A DNA stretch of 64,000 bases from NCBI GenBank assembly GCA_965215265.1, contig OZ244048.1:4384001-4448000 (forward strand), in the 5' to 3' direction. The translations under genes were made by a program, and so were the position numbers. Source of the DNA: Candidatus Poribacteria bacterium (lineage in GTDB: Bacteria; Poribacteria; WGA-4E; WGA-3G). The notes under the pieces are model-generated. The model saw only the letters and a program-made list of their open reading frames with translations, made no database searches and was not told where the DNA came from. Below, piece after piece: positions 57,382-64,000 of this stretch (its first letter is position 1; each line of letters starts with the position of its first letter).

Positions 57382-60120
57382 TTAAGGCGTAACAGCCCTC
57401 GCACAACGGAACCCGAAGATGCCGTCCGTGAACGGTGGGGTACTCCTGCTGCGAGCGGCGACACGCACGTAGATAGGAGTAAGGAACCAACTCCCGCCAC
57501 GCAACACGCGAGATGAGGTAACATTTGTGTAGTTATCTATAATCTCATCCAGATTCGCGAGCGTACTGTCAGACACACCACTCAGCGGATTACGAGACGG
57601 AGACGCAGAATAGAAATCCACATTATACGCATCAAGACACCACTCCCACACGTTGCCTGCCATGTCATATAGCCCATACCCGTTCGCCGCATAACTCCCC
57701 ACAGCCGTTGTACCGCCTACATTACTAACGTAGTTCGCATCGTCCGGCGTTATCGTGTCCCCCCATGGGTATTTCTTACCAACTAACCCACCGCGTGCCG
57801 CATACTCCCACTCCGCCTCCGTTGGAAGACGCTTCCCTGCCCACGCAGCATAAGCCATCGCCGCATACCACGACACATTCATCACAGGATGGTCCCCCTT
57901 ACCCACTGGATAGTTATTACCTTCCCAACGGCTTAGGTAAAAACCATCATGGAGGGCATCCGGAATCCGCGTCTTCTGCCACTGCGGGTTCGCCAGCACA
58001 AAACTTTGATACTCGGCGTTCGTCACTTCGTGCGTATCCATATAGAACGCGTCCACATACACTGTATGCACAGGCTGCTCTTCACCATGGGCCTCGGCAT
58101 CGTTGCTGCCCATCTGGAACTCGCCCGCGGGAATGAGTGCCATCCCTCCCGGTGCCGGCGGCACGGAAGGAGTCACAGCCCTCGCACACCGGAACCCGTA
58201 GCTGCCATTGGTGTCCGTAGGGGTATCTCCGCGGCGATTAGCGGCACGCAGGAAGAGTGAATCAAAAGACCAGCTACCGCCGCGCAACACGCGATGAGAC
58301 TCAATATTGGTATAGTCCGCTACAATCTCAGCCAGATTCGCGAGCATACTGCCAGACACACCACTCAGCGGATTACTAGACGGAGACGCAGAATAGAAAT
58401 CCACATTATACGCATCAAGACACCACTCGTAAACGTTGCCGGCCATGTCGAACAGCCCATACCCGTTCGCAGCATAACTCCCCACAGGACGGGTGTTCCC
58501 TACATTCCTACCGTAGTTCGCACGCACAGAGGATATCGTCTTTCCCCACGGATACTTTAACCCTAGCCAACCGCCGCGCGCCGCTTTCTCCCACTCCGCC
58601 TCCGTTGGAAGACGCTTCCCTGCCCACGCCGCATAAGCCATCGCCGCATACCACGACACATTCACCACAGGATGGTCCCCCTTACGCTTAGGATACTTAT
58701 TACCGTCCCAATCGCTTAGGTAATTACCATCATGGAGGGCATCCGGAATCTGCGTCTTCCGCCACTGCGGGTTCGCCAGCACAAAACTTCTATACTCGGC
58801 GTTCGTCACTTCGTGCGTATCCATGTAGAACGCGTCCACATGCACCCTCCGCACAGGCTGCTCGTCAACATCGGCCTCGGCATCGTTGCTGCCCATCTGG
58901 AAGGTGCCACCGGGGATGAGTGCCATCCCTGCAGGTGCCTGCGGTGCGGGTGGCTCCGGCTCCAGTGCGGGTGGCTCCGGCGGTGTGGGTGGTTCCGGCG
59001 GTGTGGGGAGCTCCGGCGGCGGTTCTGCACTCACACAACGAAACCCGGCGAAGCTTTCCGTGAACGTCGGCTCCCTCTTGAACCTATCGGCGACGCGCTG
59101 GTAACGCACACCAGCACGCCAATTACCACCCCGCAACACCCGCAGTGACTTCACATTTACGCCTGTGTAGTCCGATACAATCTCAGCCAGATTCGCGAGC
59201 ATACTACCAGACACACCACGCAGCGGATTACTAGACGGAGACGCAGCATAAAATGTCTTATCCCACTCATCAAGGCACCACTCGTGAACGTTCCCGGCCA
59301 TGTCGAACAGCCCATACCCGTTCGCCGCATAACTCCCCACAGCCGTTGTATCGTCTACATTCCTATCGTAGTTCGCATCGTTCGCCGTTATCGTGTCTCC
59401 CCACGGATACTTCAGACCTGCCTCCCCACCCCGTGCCGCTTTCTCCCATTCTGCCTCCGTTGGAAGACGCTTACCTGCCCACGCAGAATATGCCATCGCC
59501 GCATACCACGACACATACGTCACGGGATGGTCCCCCTTACCCCCTGGATAGTTATTACCTTCCCAACGGTTTAGATACTTACCGCTGTGGAAGGCATCCG
59601 AAATACGCCCCTTCTGCCACTCGGGATTCGCAAGCAGAAAACTTTTATACTCAGCGTTCGTCACTTCGTGCGTATCCATATAGAACGCGTCCACATGCAC
59701 CAGATGCACAGGCTGCTCGGGATTCCGCGCATCAGCAGCATCGCTGCCCATCTGGAACTCGCCAGCGGGGATGAGCACCATCCCTGCAGGCACAGACGCA
59801 GGCGCCGCAGGCGCAGACGCCGCACCGTTAAACCCCTCTGCTACTAACGCCACGTCCCCTATATCCACTACACTATTCCCGTTCAAATCTGCCGAACTGT
59901 TACCGCGGGTTCCCAGGCGCGCCGCTACCAGGGCCAAATCCACTATATCCACACGGCCATCACCATTCACATCCGCATCACCTTTGACAGCCGAAAGCAC
60001 ACCGACATCCGCAGCCACGCTTACCCCTTGCGCACACACATCGCTCAAAACGCCCAAACTCAAAACCGTGAGAACACACGCCAACATCGACAACATCATT
60101 GACACACTTTTAGCAAACAT
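57382..60120 (-). CDS. Secreted dockerin-like + three tandem FGE-sulfatase (SUMF1) domains
   Basis: GGAGGT RBS before ATG 60120; three copies of F.MGS...EVTNAEY...RLPTEAEWE...NGYGL.DMAGNV.EW...RGG.W...GFRC. Confidence 0.93.
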   Translation of the reverse strand: MFAKSVSMMLSMLACVLTVLSLGVLSDVCAQGVSVAADVGVLSAVKGDADVNGDGRVDIVDLALVAARLGTRGNSSADLNGNSVVDIGDVALVAEGFNGAASAPAAPASVPAGMVLIPAGEFQMGSDAADARNPEQPVHLVHVDAFYMDTHEVTNAEYKSFLLANPEWQKGRISDAFHSGKYLNRWEGNNYPGGKGDHPVTYVSWYAAMAYSAWAGKRLPTEAEWEKAARGGEAGLKYPWGDTITANDANYDRNVDDTTAVGSYAANGYGLFDMAGNVHEWCLDEWDKTFYAASPSSNPLRGVSGSMLANLAEIVSDYTGVNVKSLRVLRGGNWRAGVRYQRVADRFKREPTFTESFAGFRCVSAEPPPELPTPPEPPTPPEPPALEPEPPAPQAPAGMALIPGGTFQMGSNDAEADVDEQPVRRVHVDAFYMDTHEVTNAEYRSFVLANPQWRKTQIPDALHDGNYLSDWDGNKYPKRKGDHPVVNVSWYAAMAYAAWAGKRLPTEAEWEKAARGGWLGLKYPWGKTISSVRANYGRNVGNTRPVGSYAANGYGLFDMAGNVYEWCLDAYNVDFYSASPSSNPLSGVSGSMLANLAEIVADYTNIESHRVLRGGSWSFDSLFLRAANRRGDTPTDTNGSYGFRCARAVTPSVPPAPGGMALIPAGEFQMGSNDAEAHGEEQPVHTVYVDAFYMDTHEVTNAEYQSFVLANPQWQKTRIPDALHDGFYLSRWEGNNYPVGKGDHPVMNVSWYAAMAYAAWAGKRLPTEAEWEYAARGGLVGKKYPWGDTITPDDANYVSNVGGTTAVGSYAANGYGLYDMAGNVWEWCLDAYNVDFYSASPSRNPLSGVSDSTLANLDEIIDNYTNVTSSRVLRGGSWFLTPIYVRVAARSRSTPPFTDGIFGFRCARAVTP

Positions 60121-60271
60121 CAAACACCTCCAAATCATTGAATCGTTTTTATTGCACATTACAGTCCTCCAAATGCCGCGAAACACTCGCGGCTAAAAAT
60201 ACGAGGGGTTGGAGGCGGGACCGCCGCGTCAAACGCAGACGGCACACACACCCTTACACATCTGTCTCCCT

Positions 60272-60450
60272 TTACTTCCTAATCAACATCTTCTGCGTCG
60301 CGGAGAAGTCGCCGGCGCGCAGCGTATAGAAATAGATACCACTCGCAACACGCTCACTATGCTCGTTACGCCCATCCCAATACCCCGCACGAGATTTACT
60401 CGCGTAAACGCCCGCCGCTTGAGGCCCTAACGCTAACGTCCTAACCAATA
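60272..60450 (-). pseudogene. Orphan 3' end of an FlgD-Ig-tailed secreted protein gene
   Basis: LVRTLALGPQAAGVYASKSRAGYWDGRNEHSERVASGIYFYTLRAGDFSATQKMLIRK*, paralogous to the 54460 tail; no start. Confidence 0.85.
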
Positions 60451-60546
60451 AGCTGCGTATGCTCCGGGTGGGAAAGTTCCCAAAAAAACTACTACTTTTT
60501 ATTTATGATAACACATCCGGGAATCATTTTCAAGCAAAGATAAATT

Positions 60547-60619
60547 CTCATTTCCGCCCATTTTTAGAATGGTTGAGAATATAGTTGTTATGGGTTGCGG
60601 TTTGTGTGAGGCGGTCAAA
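60547..60619. repeat. ~73-bp direct repeat, copy 2
   Basis: Matches 53987-54060. Confidence 0.9.
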
Positions 60620-60642
60620 AGAGTTGTAGGGATGTATCGCCT

Positions 60643-61947
60643 TCACGCCCGGCGGTCTATCTGATTTCCCATTCGTTCTAGCAGGCTGCTGGCGGGTTCA
60701 TCATCAGGATTTTGCGAGACCAGTTTACCAGAGAAGGCGTGCTTGAGAATCGACTGCCGCAGCCGTTCGGCGCGTCTGCTTTCTGCCGCAAGCGTCGCCT
60801 CAACCTCATCTACGATGGAGAGGTGGTGCTCAACTTCGGAGACGATGCGGCGTTGTTCCGGGAGTGAGGGGAGGGGTACAAACATTGTTTCTATATGTTC
60901 CCTTCGGAGATTATTAATGTTTATCCCGAGAGAGAGACGGGAAATCTCATTTCTATAAATAGGACTTTGGAAAAAGAGTCCGATGAATTTTCGATTAACT
61001 TCTGATGAAATTCTGACCAATCCACAAAAGGTGCCAAAACTTCCTTTGAAATCTTGATGCGCTTGAGCGGCTTTGCCGACTAGATGTTTGCTGCCACTAG
61101 ACATTGCAATGATAATATCAAATGCCTTGATGAATTGTTCAGCCTTAACTCTTCCCTGCTGAACATAAACAAGATCTTCATAGTTTAGTTGCACATTGAT
61201 ATTGTTAGCACGCAATATAGGAAGGTAGCCAGTTTTTGGAGTTTTGGAAGACTCGTTTTTCCGATAGGACACGCCACGGATAAATTCCGCAACTTCCTTA
61301 ATCTGTGTCCAGACCCACCCGTTTGGCAAATCAGACGAATGACTTTCCGCTTGAAGAGGATCCAAACGTGCTTCGCGCCATTCCTTTGTGAGTTCGCCTT
61401 CAAAGGCGGCTTTGAGGAGGGAGCGGCGATACCTTTTCACTTGTGCTTGTGCTTGTTTGAGGGCATCAACGCCTGCGTCTAATTGCGTAAACAGCGCGTC
61501 CAACTTAGCAACGATACGGCGTTGTTCCGGGAGGGGCGGAAGGGGGATTGGTGCCTTTTCTAAAAATTGGAAATGTCTTGCATATCCTTTGTTTGGAAGT
61601 GGAATCGCTTGCATAAAATAATAGAATAGCTTAGGCTCATACATTTCTTGAGGTTTAATTACTTTTATTCCGTCGGCTCCGGCGACAAAGTCAAAATTTA
61701 TATATTTGATAGTTTTGGTGTGATCTCCGAAAACTATAATAGGTAGTTGACATTCAACTCTGAGATTTTCGTTATCGGTATATCCACCGATAAAAGATAA
61801 TCCCTGATCTATAACAGGAAGTTTTCCGCTGGCTTGATAGTCTCTTTTTTTTACTTTTTTTCCGCTCACGGATACCTTATTTATGACGTGCCCAACCTGT
61901 GTCCACACCCATCCGTTTGGCAAATCATTAAAAAATGGAGTTAGCAT
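60643..61947 (-). CDS. hsdS: Type I restriction-modification specificity subunit
   Basis: Two TRDs each opened by LPNGWVWTQ and closed by PLP.LPEQRRIV; LL..AF.G.L; start set at ATG 61947. Confidence 0.95.
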   Translation of the reverse strand: MLTPFFNDLPNGWVWTQVGHVINKVSVSGKKVKKRDYQASGKLPVIDQGLSFIGGYTDNENLRVECQLPIIVFGDHTKTIKYINFDFVAGADGIKVIKPQEMYEPKLFYYFMQAIPLPNKGYARHFQFLEKAPIPLPPLPEQRRIVAKLDALFTQLDAGVDALKQAQAQVKRYRRSLLKAAFEGELTKEWREARLDPLQAESHSSDLPNGWVWTQIKEVAEFIRGVSYRKNESSKTPKTGYLPILRANNINVQLNYEDLVYVQQGRVKAEQFIKAFDIIIAMSSGSKHLVGKAAQAHQDFKGSFGTFCGLVRISSEVNRKFIGLFFQSPIYRNEISRLSLGININNLRREHIETMFVPLPSLPEQRRIVSEVEHHLSIVDEVEATLAAESRRAERLRQSILKHAFSGKLVSQNPDDEPASSLLERMGNQIDRRA

Positions 61948-62092
61948 TTGTGATTTCCTTAGCGATACCGAGCATGAAGCGGCCTCCTTCTTGCGAAGGC
62001 AGAGATGCACGGCTTCCTGTTTTGTGTAAGCGTTTTAATCCGATTAAAGCGAGGGCTTGTAAGATGCTGTCGTAGCTTATACTGTCTAGGGC

Positions 62093-63268
62093 TTATTGAC
62101 GAACTGATTTCGTTCGTTCGGTCATGATTATATTGAGTATTTCATCTGCAATGAATAAACGATTGCGCTGCTGCCCGGTTATTTCTCTGAGTTTTCGTTT
62201 TTTTACAAGATAATCAACCCCTCGCTGAGCAGTGGGAAACGGGAGTCCACTAACCTTAGAGAATTCTGCTATTGAGATAATAGGTTTTCCAATTAACCAT
62301 TCGATCAGAAAATTGACTGCTTTCGGGACCTTCGGTCCGGTTGCGAGTGTTTTGTATTCCTCTTTTAACCTGAGTAAGTTTTGGATTGTCAAGAGTGCGT
62401 CTTCTGACTGTTGACAGATTCCGTTTAAGAAAAAGGTGAGCCAGGCGTTCCAATTTCCGGATGTGCTGACATTCAAGAGTAAATCGTAATACCTCTCTCG
62501 GTGCTGCTCAAAAAAATCAGAAAGGTAGAGAACAGGACGCGATAACAAATTTTTTTCGATAAGCATAAAAATGATAAGAAGCCTGCCGATTCTTCCGTTG
62601 CCGTCAACAAATGGATGGATTGCCTCAAATTGATAATGAACAAGGGCACATTGAATCAGGAGCGGTTCCTTTGCCGGGGAATGGATATATTTTTCTAGGT
62701 CTGACAAACACTGTTGCATTTCTGGTACTGGCGGTGGGACGTAGGTTGCTTGCATCAAAGTACAACCGGGGCTGCCAATCCAGTTTTGGCTTGTGCGCAT
62801 GAACCCCGGCGTTGCATGTTCGCCACGGACCTGCTTCATTAAGATTTCGTGTATTTCGCAAAGTAGCCGGGAACTAATGGGCATCTCCTGTGCCCTTTTG
62901 ATACCATATTCCATAGCTCTAACGTAGTTGAGAACCTCCTTGACATCAGAAATTGCCGGTGGTTCCGTTTCGTCAGCTTCGAACATAAAGAGAGTATCCA
63001 AACCCGTTTGGGTATTTTCGATTCTAGAACTTGTCACGGCTTCGCGTCGAATAAACGGACTTATTAAGACATGTGGGTTCGGGAGAAGTTGAGCTATGCC
63101 GGATAATTCTCCGATTTTGTTGTTGGCTTGAGATAAAAGATTAATTAGCTCCCCGTCCAATTCTATTTTTGGTGGCAGTGGATTCGGGATAAATGCCCAA
63201 TATGCTGGCCGGGTTATACTGCGGATACATCGTCCTGCAGTTGAATTTTTGAAGTTTTCTGGATTCAT
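62093..63268 (-). CDS. Fic family protein with C-terminal HTH
   Basis: HPFVDGNGRIGR, EAVTSSRIEN; start set at ATG 63268 because the ORF-track start lies in the repeats. Confidence 0.93.
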   Translation of the reverse strand: MNPENFKNSTAGRCIRSITRPAYWAFIPNPLPPKIELDGELINLLSQANNKIGELSGIAQLLPNPHVLISPFIRREAVTSSRIENTQTGLDTLFMFEADETEPPAISDVKEVLNYVRAMEYGIKRAQEMPISSRLLCEIHEILMKQVRGEHATPGFMRTSQNWIGSPGCTLMQATYVPPPVPEMQQCLSDLEKYIHSPAKEPLLIQCALVHYQFEAIHPFVDGNGRIGRLLIIFMLIEKNLLSRPVLYLSDFFEQHRERYYDLLLNVSTSGNWNAWLTFFLNGICQQSEDALLTIQNLLRLKEEYKTLATGPKVPKAVNFLIEWLIGKPIISIAEFSKVSGLPFPTAQRGVDYLVKKRKLREITGQQRNRLFIADEILNIIMTERTKSVRQ

Positions 63269-63303
63269 TTTTTTTCCACGAATTTCGGGTAATAAAAACG
63301 GTT

Positions 63304-63416
63304 TTATTAACGTTAAACCCACTTAACGTTAATAAGAATTGTGTTATTAACGTTAAACCCACTTAACGTTAATAAGAGACGGTTTTATTAACGTTAAGCC
63401 CACTTAACGTTAATAA
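63304..63416. repeat. Three tandem palindromic units (13-bp arms, 6-bp spacer)
   Basis: TTATTAACGTTAA-RCCCAC-TTAACGTTAATAA at 63304, 63344 and 63385. Confidence 0.92.
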
Positions 63417-63485
63417 GAGACGGAACTCCGTTGCAACAGCTTTATGTTAAGTTTAGCATAAATTTGATTTGAATGCAATTCGGAT

Positions 63486-64000
63486 TTAGGAGACTAACTG
63501 TTGCGTGAGGTCCTTTAATATTGTCTCTAACTCGTGCCCGAAGAGTTGGTAGACTTTGGCTCCGTTTCCGAGTGCTGCAAAAGGTGCGTATTCAAAATCG
63601 TCGATGCGGATGTCAAGCGAGATGGCAATGTGCTCGCGTATCATCTCAAGCCATGTGTGTTGTTCCTCAGTGAGGGTCTGCGTGCTGATCCAATCTTCAA
63701 ATCGTTGGTTAACAGTTGCGGCGAAAGGCTCGAGATAGAAGTTTTCGCCGGTGGCGAACCGAATCAGAGAGATGATGTCATTAGGCTGAGTGCCGTTGCC
63801 TGTGACGCTTGTGGGAGCTTTACGTGCGTAGGCTGCCCAGAGGTTTTTCACAGTCAAGACGTAAGGGGGTTGTTTGAGTGCGTCTTCAAGTTCTTTGATG
63901 GTTTGTTCGGTGAGTGTGCCTTGGGCATTGTGGCTGTTACAGAGAATTCGGAGTGCGGGCAGTTGTTCTCTATTCTGTTGAATGAACTGTTTGAAACGGT
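63486..64000 (-). CDS. hsdR: Type I restriction endonuclease subunit R, C-terminal domain (runs off window end)
   Basis: Frame is open to the window edge; DIISLIRFA, TEEQHTWLEMIREHI, F..APF...G, typical EcoEI-R C-terminus; same strand as hsdS/hsdM. Confidence 0.85.
   Translation of the reverse strand, partial: RFKQFIQQNREQLPALRILCNSHNAQGTLTEQTIKELEDALKQPPYVLTVKNLWAAYARKAPTSVTGNGTQPNDIISLIRFATGENFYLEPFAATVNQRFEDWISTQTLTEEQHTWLEMIREHIAISLDIRIDDFEYAPFAALGNGAKVYQLFGHELETILKDLTQQLVS

Noticed and set aside
57300-60200. Complete DGR cassette
   Set aside because: No reverse transcriptase, Avd or AAC-rich template repeat was seen; only the target-like signature is reported.
60386-60402. cacgagatttac as another copy of the 87-bp repeat (also gcgagatttt near 33211)
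   Set aside because: Only the short core word matches; there is no second box 36 nt downstream, and the 60.4-kb hit is inside a coding remnant.
63425-63452. Chromosomal dif site
   Set aside because: The XerD-like arm is good but the XerC arm lacks the inner ATAA; kept only as a remark.

Overview
Bacterial chromosomal window, most likely from Candidatus Poribacteria or a similar lineage. This is inferred from the C-terminal V[ED]xxxK[LVI]AxxWGx[IL]K tails and from the dockerin/FlgD-Ig 'LLPNFPNPFNPETW', LamG, WD40 and FGE-sulfatase proteins. The window holds modABC, coaE, a TonB-dependent receptor, a squalene-hopene-cyclase-like gene, Rpn nuclease genes, a type II secretion (gspE-F-G-H-I-J-K-pilM/N-like-X-gspD) locus, metabolic genes, and a type I restriction-modification locus interrupted by surface-protein genes. 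The most unusual signal is a ~87-bp dispersed repeat family I do not recognise (core CTCCGACGAGATTTACAC...GATATACAAAAAA), with 17 copies, 13 of them in the T2SS locus. It occurs singly, as a 4x tandem array, back-to-back, and in frame inside the GspJ leader between 9-bp direct repeats. Four copies are attached to variably 5'-truncated 3' ends of an absent parent gene (...ARKVIEES*). Also notable are a DGR-like NNY codon signature in five FGE-sulfatase C-termini, a replicated terminator-promoter module, and an internal RBS in the Rpn gene. No rRNA, tRNA or CRISPR array was recognised. All calls come from reading the sequence by eye; no searches were run.
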